Source of the DNA: Chrysomallon squamiferum
Taxonomy: Eukaryota > Animalia > Mollusca
DNA: 64,000 nt
Reading direction: 5' to 3'
NCBI GenBank assembly: GCA_012295275.1
Contig: CM022665.1
Span: 36,642,001 to 36,706,000, forward strand
The position numbers and the translations under genes were made by a program. Under the pieces are notes generated by a model that did no database searches, was not told where the DNA came from, and saw only the letters and a program-made list of their open reading frames with translations. Shown here piece by piece: positions 15,100 to 29,542 of the stretch (its first letter is position 1; every line of letters begins with the position of its first letter).

Positions 15100-15663
15100 C
15101 GATCCCCTTTTGCCAACACGCTATGTAAAAATGAAAGAAAAATAAACCGCATGCGGTTGATGGCGTCAATATTTATATAGCAACATACGATAAAGATTAA
15201 CTAATGGGGAAATCGTAGTAAATCAAGCCTGCATCCATTAAAACAGCAGGAGGCGAGTCAAAGGACGAAATGTCGTGGACGTGCAGCTGGGTGGGACAGC
15301 TCGGCATGGTCATCTCTGCGAGGCAATTCCTCTCGACCGTTTGCATCGTCAAACGACCCGAGCCTCGGGCGCTAGTTTCAAATTTCCTGTCGCAACGGTC
15401 GCTCATTTCGCTCGCCAGGAGGCGCTGTATCTCTGGTGCGATCTGAACGAGGCCGAGAAGAAACGAGACTTTCTCAAAACAAAAAAAAATTGTCTCTGAC
15501 GCCCAGATGAACAGTCAGCGGAGAGACCGTTTTGACGGTAACAAAGAAGGAATAGAATTGTGTCAGCGGGCGGCCAAATTGACTCTTTAATCCAGTTTTC
15601 AGATGAATGAAATGTGCACTGTGCTTTTTTATCTTTGCTTTTTCTTGTCCCTATTTTTTTTAA

Positions 15664-15694
<31 letters not shown>

Positions 15695-16110
15695 ACATTT
15701 AAAAAATGAATTCTCCTTGTTGTCGATTGTATTGTGACCGCTAAGCGATGATGCGATGGTGGCGCAGACGATATAACAAGGTGTAGCAGACGACACTGAA
15801 TGAATGGCGCGTAACAGACTACGATTAACCCAGTAGATGATGTTTAACTAAGTTGACACATAAGAAAGAGACCAGTGGGCCATTCAGTTGTTGTTCAATT
15901 ATACATAACACATCTTAAGGAGCATTTAATGAGGAAATTGACAATCTAATTCCGTAGTATTTTTCTCCGCAGGCTACGTTCTCCGCCAGTTCACAAAGAA
16001 TTAGGGAGTTTTAATGTAAATAGTAGCAGAGACGAACTATAATTAAAACTGAAAAGCTCATATACCACAGTTATTACAAGAATTCTAATCAATGCGGACG
16101 AGACTAGATG
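15100..16110. promoter_or_regulatory. GC-rich non-coding island upstream of Six1/2
   Basis: CpG-rich; palindrome AACCGCATGCGGTT (15145-15158); CTCF-like TCGCCAGGAGGCGCT (15412-15426). The short ORFs here have no recognisable homology. Confidence 0.45.
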
Positions 16111-16379
16111 AAACTAGACGAAGATTCTTTTTTTTTTTATTCTTTTTTTTAAACCTCACGACAACCTTCTTTTACCATTTCATGACAATTCTGTTGATCG
16201 TTCTAGAATATCTATACTCTTTATGAAATCTTATTATAAACTTTTCTATCTTTTAACTAAGAACGCTGAAATATTTATTTTCTATAATAAATTCTGATTT
16301 GAAATATGTCAGTGAAACTAAATAATTCCACACACACACATAAATCAATACGTGCCTTTCTTTTCAGATTCTAAATCAT

Positions 16380-16411
<32 letters not shown>

Positions 16412-16546
16412 ATTCTCTCTGTCAATAACAGAATTCTTTAAATTCTAAAGACAACACGAATTAACATCCACACTCATTACATCACTAATCAAAATGACGT
16501 AAATCCGGAAACTATTTATCCTACTAAAAAGGATAATCGTACTTAC

Positions 16547-17120
16547 ATTCAACCTATTTTCACATCCTCTGCGCGCAACAAAAACATCTGCTCGTACACT
16601 ATATCTACAAGAACTCATCTCTGCTAAATTCTTTTCTCCTAGAATCAATTTGCATACACTGGTTCTGACACCAGAATAACAATAAACAAACACCGTCGAC
16701 ACGACCACGCCCCCCAAACCGTGGCAGCAAACTTGCCTTCTCTTTCAGTACACATGCGGCCTTTCACCGCGCTGTATACCCGGGGTGGCGAACCTCGCTG
16801 TTCATTTCTGTGTGTCGGCTTTTGTGGCACAATTTGCTTTTCATGTAGCTTTGTGAAAACGAGGACTTTAACCGTCTTTTTTAAGACGGCACTCGGTTGC
16901 CGTTCGCGCTGATTATGAGCTGTCTTTTGTTAACGAGGGGGTCAGTCAATATTTTCAAATTCTTTCGCTACCTGTTAGTCGTCATTGATGGGACGGGTAA
17001 AAAGGCCAACATGACACGTAACTGCCAAGGGTTAATTTGCTTCACGTTTTCTCCCCCTTCATGCTGGTCACAGACACAAAACGAGCAACACCTGCCGAGT
17101 TGTACAGCCCCTTTGTGTAA
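16547..17120 (-). promoter_or_regulatory. Candidate upstream promoter / non-coding first exon
   Basis: CpG-rich island ending in a consensus donor AAT|GTAAGT (16546-16541), 4.5 kb upstream of the 12045 acceptor. The 5' boundary is unknown. Confidence 0.35.
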
Positions 17121-17309
17121 GTTGTGCATCTTCTTGTTGTTGTTGTTATTGTTATTAACATCGTCACTGTCATCAGCATCAGTCTCATCATCGTTACTTT
17201 TTTTTTTTAAATTTCATATTTTCATTTGTATCATTATTATGATCAAAAACAATATTAGAGTTATTACTAATACTACTACTATTATTATTGTCGTTGTTGT
17301 TGTGGTTAC

Positions 17310-17355
<46 letters not shown>

Positions 17356-17496
17356 TTTATGAAATAAAATTACAATATATATAATCGTAATCAATGTACC
17401 AATTTTTATTATGATGACATTTTATTAACAATATTTGACAAAACCATTTTTTTTTTTATGCTATCGAATATATTTTTAGAAACTCATAAGTGATAT

Positions 17497-17600
<104 letters not shown>

Positions 17601-17959
17601 CAGAATGCTTGCTGTTAAAATGCACATACACATACTAAACTTGTTCACTTTAGCTACATGTAATTCGTTCCTATCTACATACAAATAAAATATTAAGTAG
17701 TTTTATTTTGATTTATTGAACTGCAACCTGTCCCGACAAGAGCTGAATATTCTGTATATTATCGATACAGAAGACTGTATCAGGGTTGTTTCGGACGTAT
17801 GTAAAAGGTGTCAACGCTGTAACATTGGCGATGCTGCTGCACGTTTAGAATTACTGTTGATCCTGTATCGCACACAGATGTCATTTAAATGATAAACATC
17901 TCATACTACTACTGTAACTCATAACCAGAAAACTTCCATACGTTTACAGTTGAGAGAGA

Positions 17960-18051
17960 GATCATTCATATATATATACTTACATATACACATATATACA
18001 TACATTCATTTATATATATATATATAATACATATATATATATATACATACA

Positions 18052-18086
<35 letters not shown>

Positions 18087-18300
18087 TTACATATACATAT
18101 ATATACATGCATTCATATATATATATATATACACTTACATTCATATATATATACAAACACATCCACATATCTACCTTGTTACCTACTTACTTACCTACCT
18201 ACCTACCTACCTAACTACCTACCTACATACATACATTCATACATTCATTCACACAGACAGGTTCAAACACAGATAAATACAGACACATACATATACATAC

Positions 18301-18350
<50 letters not shown>
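17960..18350. repeat. Compound TA/TACA/TACC/TG microsatellite
   Basis: Directly visible. Confidence 0.9.
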
Positions 18351-18351
<1 letters not shown>

Positions 18352-18604
18352 ATGGAGGATTTCATACTGTATAAACACAATACGCAAAATACACTAGATA
18401 AACAAACTAATTTTTGAAAATATTTATATTATCTTTGAGTCACTTACAAAATATTCCGAATAATCTTAGCTATTTTTATATTTAATCTCAAAGTAAATAT
18501 TAATGAAAACTGATAACCTGATAGATTGCATTATATTTTAGTTCTTTGATGTAATGATTATATCATGCGTTAGTTATTTTGTTTTGTTGTTGTTGTTGTT
18601 GTTG

Positions 18605-18668
<64 letters not shown>

Positions 18669-19079
18669 TGTGACACTGGTCAAACAAAACAAAACTAAAA
18701 TGAAAAATTATTTTAAAATAATTAATTTGAAGAATATTATAAAATATTGCAATTACAATAAATTTCATATCATTAAAAAAATACAAAAATGATATTATAT
18801 ATTATAATAAACGCTTCAAAATATGCACTATTGCAAACATATATATATATATATTAATTAATTAAATGTGATTAATGAAATCTTGTCTTTGAAATACATT
18901 TTAAGAACTGATTTTAATACTAAAGAAGTATAATACAACAAAATAATTAAAATTCAGAACAATTAAAGACCAGTTCTCGCTGTATGGCTTTCATTTGATG
19001 TAATTTGTTCTTTCTCTTCAATTCCGTGACTCAAAAATAGATTAACTATTTTCTCTTGACGTTCTAAACGTAAAACTCA

Positions 19080-19700
19080 GTCAAGATGTGGTTTCCTTGC
19101 CGAACGCACCGCCGTACAGCACGCCACGCCCCGTACGAAGGCACTCAGTTCTCAGTTATAATAATTTTCAGCTCGTTTATTTATTTTACACACACAACAC
19201 TTCATGCCGAACCTGGGCAGAATTTCTCACAATAAATCACACATTGCTACGATTTCCTCTGTCAGAAGTTCTCAAAGTGTGGTGCCAATAACATTTATTA
19301 AAGCAATTTTCTCTCGCGTTTTATAGGGCCTCCTTTCTAATCGCAGTAGATCAGGACTAGATAAAACTCGACGACGAACAAGCGTTAATAACAGCCTTCC
19401 CAAACCTCCCTCCCCCCACCCGCCCCGGCGTGAACCCACCCACACCACCTTCTTTCTTTTCCTCTTTCATGCCACCTGTGGCGATTTTATAAAGAGAACT
19501 TGACTTTCGCAGGCAGAGTAATTGTTAACCCCGAGTCGTTTGTCAGGCATCATAAAATGTTGACTTTCGTCGATAATAACTGACATTCTATGAAACCAAA
19601 TACTCCCAGGTTTAAGCACCTGTAATTAGCACAGAGTCGTAATATTAATTAGATGCAACCTGCACATTATATTGACTGATGATTGCATATTAAATCGAAT
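19080..19700. promoter_or_regulatory. Candidate enhancer island with Hox/Pbx-type motifs
   Basis: TGATTTATTG (rc of 19230-19239), several TTTAT(A/G) cores, a C-rich tract at ~19398-19443, and CACCTG E-boxes. Confidence 0.4.
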
Positions 19701-20794
19701 TTGAAGACATAAAATTCATTACGTATTCGCTGTTAAAGCCATGTAGAAAGACGATTTTAAAAGAATTTAATTATCTTAATCTGAAGAGCATGTTAGTCAA
19801 GCAGCTTAATTAGTCTGTTTCTTTATTTTCGTTGTTTGATTTTTGGAATAATGCTTTTTATTGTCGTTCTATATATTTATCACAACAACAATAAAACGTT
19901 AAAACCCACATCTGTCTATAAAAACAGAAAAAAAGAATGAACAGGAGTACCTGCTATAATAATTACTTTTATCTAAAAATAATAATATGATTTTATGTTT
20001 TTTACACACATGCATACATATATATATACATATACACACACATATATGTACATGCAAATAAGTGATGTTACAGAGATACTTATTACAGTTTTATATACAT
20101 ATTTAAATAGAAAAGAAAAGAAATCAATGTTTTGAAATGGGTTTTCCAGTGTATAGCATTAGGTTATTTAATATTAATTAGCAGATACGACATTCCGATT
20201 AGCTTCGGATCACGTTACAGTTAGTAGACGTTCGGAAAATGCCGGAATTGTACAATCTTTTACGAATAAAACCGAAGTACTGTGATCACTGACACAGGTA
20301 AAATAAGATTCTAATTATAGGTTGTACGAAAATTAAATGTTATTTCAAATATCAGTTTATTTATATATTTGTGTATGTGTGTGTATGTATGCATATATGT
20401 ATGAATGTATGTGTGTATTGATTAAGGGTATGTATGTATGTATGTATATATGTGTGTATGTATGTATGTTTTATCTCTATTATAAGTATGTTGACAGTGT
20501 AAAATATATTAAATGTGCTTGTGATCTTTTGTTCTAAAGTGTACATAAATAGAAATATACTCGTCCCAGAAAATGGCCATAATTTTATACACACTTTGCG
20601 TCTGTTCGCACTATGAACGTTTGTCAGAAAGGTTGGTTATCATTAAAATCACAACATATGTTATGTCTGTTTCGAAGTCAGAAATCAGCTGAACCAAAAC
20701 GTCTGTTATTTCAGCATGAACGTACCTTATCATGAACTGAATCAAAGTATCGTTTCTCATTGTTCTATATTTATAGATGTGTATTGTGGTGTCG

Positions 20795-20807
20795 CGTGTG
20801 TGTGTGT

Positions 20808-20862
<55 letters not shown>

Positions 20863-20963
20863 TGTGAGAGAGAGAATTTCATAAACTTCTGTTTAAAAAG
20901 TTTTGTTTGGATAAAGTGATTTTTTTTTTTTTTTTTTTTTTATTGTTTATATGTACATACATA

Positions 20964-20999
<36 letters not shown>

Positions 21000-21006
21000 C
21001 ATACAT

Positions 21007-21037
<31 letters not shown>

Positions 21038-21120
21038 TACATACATACATACATATATATATATACACATACGTACATACATACATACATATATATATAT
21101 ATGTATGTATGTATATATAT
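20795..21120. repeat. Compound (TG)n/(TA)n/(TACA)n microsatellite
   Basis: Directly visible. Confidence 0.92.
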
Positions 21121-24059
21121 AGTCTTACCTTTTATTTAATTAATGTCTATGTAAATATTTTTATAATTATAATAATTATCAAATAATAATAAATACAAAT
21201 ATATTTAATAACACAAATACCATCCTAAATATACATGTATTTCACAACAAAAATATAATCATCAAAATCATTATTGTTGTTGTTATTATTGATAATATGG
21301 AGATGATGACGATTACAACGATTATGACATATTTATAAATTCCAGTACTAAAGTATTCAGTGAGGAATTTCTTGTATCTATGCAATCATAACTGAATTAA
21401 ACACTTTCAAACTAACCATTAAAGTATCTAAATATCTTACTTTGATTATTAAATATGTGTAAAAATAAAACGAAGAAAGTAACACGCTGAATAAATCCAA
21501 ATTACACAACAGAGCGACTACTAAGAGCGTGCATCTTTTACAAGACTGGCTAAGGTCAAGGTCGCTCCCTGCTTCTCAGAGTTCTCAAATTCCTGAACGC
21601 AGTAAATCTATTATTAATTCATCGCAGACATTTAAACATCTTTATGAGAAAAAGAAAAAAAGAGCCACTACTAAATGAACAGGATTCTTACAACTGCAAA
21701 ACAAGCTAAATAAGCTAATAAGAGAAAATAATGCTTAGTTTCAACTTAATCAGTTTGGTGTTATCACGTTCTAGGACTTCCATCAACCGAGGTTCATACA
21801 CTCGCTTGCTTATCTTGCCAAAACATTCTTTAATCATCTCACTCGTTATAACTCACCACTTTCGCTTGCTTGAGAGAAAGAGAGAGAAAAAAACATCAGC
21901 ATTACGTAGATACGAATATACTTTACAATACTTACATATATACAAGATGGAATACGTCAGTGTGAAAAAGGGACAGGTACTATGACAAAAAGAGTCACTC
22001 TCGAGAATTCCTGGATGCTAACCGACGTCTTGTTAGTAGCTTACACAAAGATGCCCGGATGGGGTAAGAACCCGCCTGGAAATACCGTTGCAGACGATCT
22101 CATTTTATAGCCTGACAACAGACAGTATGTATCTGCTGCGTTCTTCTTGAGCCAGCGATTGCTGTTGCTATTTCTTACGATTAAAATATATCATAACTTC
22201 TTTAAAAAGGTGATTTACTAATTACAGATTCTTTACAGTATATTTAGACCTCTCCAGATAATCAGTCCTCTGAGTAAATTATTATCTACTCAGTTTCCGG
22301 CTTTGACCTACATTTCAACTATTTTTGATTTTACGCAAAAGTACTTCTGAAAAAAAAAAACCGATTAATATTAATTTGCAAATTTTAAAAAAATCATCAC
22401 ATTACAGTAATATCTCTCTAACATAACTGAATCAAACTTTCTACATCTTTACTCTCCCATGATTTTTATTAAAACATCTCTTTAAATCACAGCCATTAAA
22501 CGTAAACGAGGGAAAAGTCTTGGAATGGATAAGGCTACTTCTGCCAGGAGAAAAGCACAGCTGTTTTAAAGACGTCACTTGTTCCAAAGTTTATGGCCCG
22601 GGCGCTCCAGGGCGGCACCAAGGGGTGTCGAACTATTTTTCTCCCCAACATTTACAATGGTTGCTTGTTTTCTCGGGACTTGCCACATTTGCTCTGCGAA
22701 TAGTGCCTGGTGTTGATGTTCAGTGATTAGAGGAGTTGTAAGATTATTGGAAACAGATTGCAAGAGAGAACGATGTGGTCCGACATAACCAAGTTTGTGA
22801 ATGACGTACAGGAGATGTGTACTGATCAAGTTAAAGTGACAACACACAGAATTTGTGAATCTGTGAATATACAGTAGTTGTGTTTTGTTTTAATACTATT
22901 TATTTTTCTATTTCTTTTACATGAAGATGATGACGGTGATGATGATAGTGATGATGATGATGATGATGATGATTATTTGTTGTTGTTGTTCTATATTGTT
23001 GATGATTGTAATAATGCAACTGTTTAGATATTTTCTTGGAAAAAAACAGACATACACACACACACATATACATATATATAATTATTTAATTCAGGCAATA
23101 TGTCACAATAATAATATTAACCGTTACGATATATTAAGAAATATATGTTAGTCATGAATAGAGTTTATATTAAACTACGTTTTTTTCTGAAATCTCAATA
23201 GTGGTTTCACCCGTTACAGCGAGAAATGACGAGAGAGACAATTAGATATAACATTATATTAAACACATGCAACAAACTCGTTCTAATCTATTTTCATCTC
23301 GAAACAATATTTTCCTAGATAATAAGATTCATTTCATTTGAACGTACAGAGAACCAGATCCACAACGTAATCAACGAGAATGTGGTATGTATATTTTTTG
23401 CGTACTTCAGAACTGTTCATACTCGCTATTCAGTCATCATCTTGCTAGAAGGTTTTGACCACGACAGGATAATCATAATCATTGAGAAAAACCCCACCCT
23501 ACATCCACCCTGACGTGATAATATGCGGATTAGCCCAGAATTAACTCGGCAGTTTTCTTGTCAACATTCGCTAATTGTCAAACAAACAAACATTTGCCTG
23601 TCTGACATTTTCTGGCTTCCATTGTAAATATTTGCTTTCCGTCGTCACAATCAGTGACATTAATAAAGGAAGCGAGAATTTTTATCTCGTGTTTAACTTT
23701 TACTTACCACCATGGGGTCTGTCTGTTAGTTGATGCACTTCAGTCACGTGAAGTACATGAAGGGGTCACATGATTTTAACCTTTTACTTACTTTCGTAGG
23801 ACATTCTGACCCGTTATGCTGACAATGGAGTCACGTCACATGATTTAAATATTTTAATTATTGTCACATTATGATATATTCTTCGTTACACTACAAAAAA
23901 ATATAGCTATATAACACATGACTTCTCCGGGTCAGATTATTCCAACTTCTGTCTTACTACTACAGGCAATATTAGCAGCTACACTAACTATACGATTTTA
24001 ACATTACGTTACAGCTACTATATTAAAACAATGTAATTACGTAATACTGGATTCGCATT

Positions 24060-24115
24060 AATACACGAAGTCATACGAAGTTACACGAAGTCTCACGAAG
24101 CACTCGACGAGGACT
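24060..24115. repeat. Short 10-bp tandem repeat (~TACACGAAGT x4-5)
   Basis: atacacgaag tcatacgaag ttacacgaag tctcacgaag. Confidence 0.8.
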
Positions 24116-26348
24116 CGTCGCTTTTAGCATTTTACATACCATCAAAAGGTACCATAAACTCTTTATAGTAGAGAGTCGATCACTTAACTGTCTTCTCTCG
24201 GGTCATATGGCTTTAACCTCTGCAAATCCTCCGAGTACATTAAACTTTTCTTCTTCCTTTATTCCAAGTTTTATCTTCTGTGGGATATCAAAACACATTC
24301 TGCAGACCGAGATGGTTATCGCTATTATTTCCAAAATAGTCGTTCTTTTACAAGGCGGCCATGTTAGGCCAGGTGGTCTTTATTAACCGCTTGTTTGTGT
24401 CTTAAACAAAAACCTCATAGTTTGATTGCAATAGCGAAAATATTTATAAAGATTAGCGTAAATATGGTGGGTGGTATATTTCTGAAAAGCAGCCAGTTTT
24501 TATGATCTTAAAGATACGAAAATAATGACTATATAAGTCTTTGTTATTTATATACAGATTGTGAAATGTACTTAAGTCGAACTTCGCGCGTCGATCTTAA
24601 ATTGTTCGAGTTGTAGACGTGAACGTGAAGCTGTCTGAAAGTGCAAGTGCAAAAAAAAATTAAAAAAAAATCTTTGTGTAAATGCACAATTGACTTAAGT
24701 AAAACATAAAAAAAATGCTTTTATCCGTATGTGTATGTGTGTGTGGGTATGTTAGTGTTTCTAAAAAAATATGAAAACAAAACTATAAAAACCTCTTATT
24801 TGATATATATATATATATTTATATTTTTTTTTTTTTTTCTTTTGTTGTTTAGTTGTTGTTGTGTTTTCATTATATGTTTGTAATTACTGGTAAATTGTTT
24901 AGTTTTTTTCTCTTTATTTGTTTATTTTTGTACTTGTTAATCCCATCCATTGCATTAAAATAAACATTCAATTGTATTTTAATAATATTTGCCATTAATT
25001 AACATTTTAAACGGAAAGTTTATATTCATCTAACATTTAATTTTAATATTTGTTTTTTCATTGCGCTGTACCCTTTATCTTAGTGGTTCACAAAATATTA
25101 CACGGTTTACAATGAAGATGCATAAAAACCTATACAAACATAAATATTATAAATAATTTAAATAATAAATAAACAAATAAATAACCTAATATAACGAAAA
25201 TATGAATGATTTTCTCGTTCTACATAATATATTATAGCCGTCTAAAAAAAAATCATGTTTTCAAAATCATTTAATACATTAAGCACAATTAAAAAGAAAA
25301 AAAAATAAAAATGAAAAGAATTAATAATAATAATAATTAAAAAAAAATAAAAAAAAAAAAAGTATAAAAAGAACAAGAAAGAACGAAATGAAATTCATGA
25401 TTGAAACCACAGAAACACTTCTGCGCATGCGCGACTCTCACAACAAAGAAACAAGAAAAGAATATAAAAGAGACTGGAAGCGCCTGGCGACTGCTGGCGG
25501 TTTTCTGGCACTGTAGCCTGGATCAAGTGTTGATGGCATATGTTACAGCCAATAAAGAGAAACCCGACACTGGCTGAACCCGATACTGTGCCAAGATGAG
25601 GAAAATGTTGGTAATATAGTCGACGAAACCAGTGAAGCATCACCAGCATAAATTGAAAAACCAGGATGTACCAAATTTGGACGAGTACTTTTATTTTACT
25701 TCTTTCTTTTCTTTTCTTTTTTTCCTTTTTTTATTTTTTATTTTTTTTTTTGTTGTTGTTGTTAAACTTGTACCAGTACATTTTTTTGGAGTGTGTCATT
25801 ATCTGTAAGTTAATATGAAGGCCCGGACTCAGTTATTCGTCATCAGTAAAGCCTGTGTTTTGAAATGAACGTGCCTTAATCCAAATTTCGTATAAGTATA
25901 GAGATTGATTGTTGGTATTATGGCGCGGAACCAGTTAAAATATATTAAGAAATAATTGTTATGTTTATAGTCGTAATCATTGTTTGGAATTTTTTGTCAG
26001 GAGAAAGAGAATTTTTTCTAATTATGTTACTGCCAGAACGTTTAAAAAAACAATTATTTTTTATTTTTTTTTTTTTTTTTTTATTTTATTTTATTTTATT
26101 TTATTTTATTTTATTTTATTTTATTTATTTATTTATTTATAAATGAATTATGAAGTTTAAATTCTGTGTATAATAATCATCATTATTACTATTATTCTTG
26201 TTATTTATTTGTCGTTATCGTTGCCATTTTAAAACAATTAAATATTATACTTTTAAATAAATAATTAAACAGAAGTAATTCTTTATTTAATTTTTTAATT
26301 TTTAATTTATTTATAATAATAATAATAATAATTAATTAATTATTATTA

Positions 26349-26404
<56 letters not shown>

Positions 26405-27262
26405 TTATTTTATTATTTTTATTTTATTTATTTATTTTAAAAAATATGTACTCCGTAAAGAATTGTATGTATTCATTTTCTTATTTTTATTAATAATAAA
26501 AGCTTGTACTTGGCATAGACGTCATCGTTGGATACGTTCCCAACGTCTTTATATCATCAGCAGTCACAAAAATCCTTTTTATTATTATTATTATTTTTTT
26601 TATAATCTTTTTTTTAATACTTGCATACCACAATCCTAAAAAAAAAAAAAAAAAAAAAAAGAAAAGAAAACCTCATTCAAAGAATACAGCAATACACTAG
26701 GATAATAACAAACCGTTGGAGAACTGTGCGTCAGAACTAATATTTCTCAGTATAAATAGACTGTCTTAAAAAAAAAATACAGCCACAAGTAAGAAAAACA
26801 CTTGCTTCTATTTTTCTTGCTTGTTTTGGGTGTGTCCTATTCGCCGACAGAAAACCAGTCAGATTGAAAGCTTTGTTAACCCTTGCTGTTTCAAAGAAGT
26901 AATAAATGAAATTTGTCTGTAAATTCCTTTCATCGTGTGTTTAAAGAAAAATATTTTATTAAATTTACTATTAATGTTGTTTTCAGTTTTCGGTTAATAT
27001 GATTACGGTTATCGTTTTGCTTTTATTCTTTTATTATCACTGCTGCTGCCGATGCTGTTGTTGCTGCTACTGCTGCAGTTCTGTTATTACTATTACTACT
27101 GATTTTACTACTACTACTACTACTACTACCCCTACTAGTACTACTACTATCACCACAGCTACTACAATAATAATAATACTGTTGTTATTTTTATCATCAT
27201 CATAATTGTTATTATTATTATAATTCTCACAATAATTATTATCATTAATATTACCATCATTT

Positions 27263-27318
<56 letters not shown>

Positions 27319-27415
27319 GTTATTATGATTGTATTGTTTTTGTTATAGTAATTGCTGCTACTATGATACCAAAATTTATTTATTTATTTATTTATTGATT
27401 GATTGATTGATTGAT

Positions 27416-27462
<47 letters not shown>

Positions 27463-28176
27463 TTTCAGTTTTAATTACAGCATTATATATTTATATATTT
27501 CAGGAAACAAATATTCGTGTTCTCTCCTGAGACACGAATAAAATCAAATACATACATGCTGACAAAAAACAAACTGCAAGCTAGGCTCACAATTACATGG
27601 ATCAAACTGAAAAAGGAACCAGTTAACCATGGACCTATATAAACCAACTCTTACGTCGATTAATTGCAGTCCTTCGCTTGGTGCCCGATTTATCGAACAA
27701 ACTCGATATCATAATCCTTGATAATTAAATATTGATAACACATTAAATATTCATTATCTGTTGTTTTTTTTTTTTCTCTCTCTCGCTCCCTCTCTCTATA
27801 CAACATTAACTGATGCAAATACAGGTACTGCATTGTAGTGGTTGTAGTCGCGGTCGTTGAACTGTTGATAAAAACCAAGTGTCTCCTTTATATAATTAAC
27901 TTGTTATTCAACAACACCCGATTCGCACATTACGATATAGCCATTAAAAGCGTCATAGGATGTGGTTCTGTATAGCATATATTATTACTGTTATTATGTT
28001 TCTGTGATACACTTTTATATAGCTTTTTAGAAAATATACAAGAAAAAGACAGAGTTAAAAAAATGAGATGTATTTTTCAAAACGAATTTAAAAAATAAAC
28101 AAAAATAGCAGAAGTAACAACCACAGTAATAACATCATAGCAGTGGGTTATTATTATTATTATTAATATTATTATT

Positions 28177-28232
<56 letters not shown>

Positions 28233-28418
28233 TTAATTTATTTATTTATTTATTTATTCATTCATTTATTTATTTATTTGCTTGGTTATTTATTTATTTC
28301 TATTCTCATTACTCGTCTGCACTTTTGTATTTTATGTATTTTTATTTATTTTATTATTAACTAAATAAAAAAATAAACAAATAGAAAGAGTATTACATCC
28401 ATATATATATATATATAT

Positions 28419-28465
<47 letters not shown>

Positions 28466-29348
28466 TAAAAACAAATTAAATAAAAAAAACAAATTAAAAA
28501 AATAATCCATCTGTATGGTAACATGTCCATCTATAGATATGTAGGTACATTTGCATAGCCATAATTATTATTTTTCTTTTAGACATCCTCAGATTTATGT
28601 TAACGTTTTATATCAGTGTGTATGTTTGTATATCTAATACTAAATTGACGGCTAATAATAATTATCCAAAGATTCTACAATACGGCTAATTGGCAATGAA
28701 CCAAATTACAAGTACATCGCTGTGAAATTAAGGGAAAACAACACATAAAGCGATTGATCTTCGGCAAAACAGATTCAACCTCGATATTACGGTCACCTCT
28801 CACAATTACCATTACAATTTAAATTACATGGGTGGTCTCTTTACACAGGTCTGATGTAGCAGGCACGTGTTGCACACCAGTGAAGCTAAATTGTCGGTGC
28901 ACGGTTATCTGTAGACAGCAAATCGTGAAACACGACGTGAATACATAACCTACCAATAACGATATTCGCCTTCCTCGAGGTTGCGTGGCGTCCGGTTTTT
29001 TAACCCTTCCAGTCTGAGGGTAAGCCCTAAACCTCCCACATTGCTGTATCAGAGTGTGTGTTTTTTATCTCCAGGTTCTGTATCTGTTTTCTAGCTTTCC
29101 GCACGCTCGTTCAAGGGCATGTAACTACTGAAGTGATAATAGTCAATGAAATGAAATTGATAATAAAACGCACCACTGCTGTCTATGATAAGCAGATATG
29201 TTTAATCTGACACTGTGATTTTTTTTTTTTTTTTCAAATTTGATTATGTATCTTAACATGATGTTGTTTATGATATGTAACTTGAGACTTACTTCTAAGA
29301 TGCGCGAATAAATAGAGTGATAAAGAATGATGATAAAGATGACGATGA

Positions 29349-29380
<32 letters not shown>

Positions 29381-29470
29381 ATTATTAGTATTATTATTTT
29401 TATCATTATTATTATTATTATTATTATTACAATAATAAATAAATAAAATTAAATTAAATAATAACAAATA

Positions 29471-29542
<72 letters not shown>

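Noticed and set aside
15197-15499. Overlapping 69- and 74-aa ORFs as a second gene
   Set aside because: No recognisable homology; short ORFs are expected by chance in a GC-richer regulatory island.
16541-16550. Donor forming a split ATG (MFRPDP...) with the 12044 exon
   Set aside because: The canonical GT-AG junction gives GAAT|TGTTT, one base off from ATG-TTT; it would require a non-canonical splice site.
27512-27540. Small hairpin TATTCGTGTTCTC/GAGACACGAATA as Helitron end or miRNA
   Set aside because: Too short for a pre-miRNA and no CTRR terminus at the expected distance.
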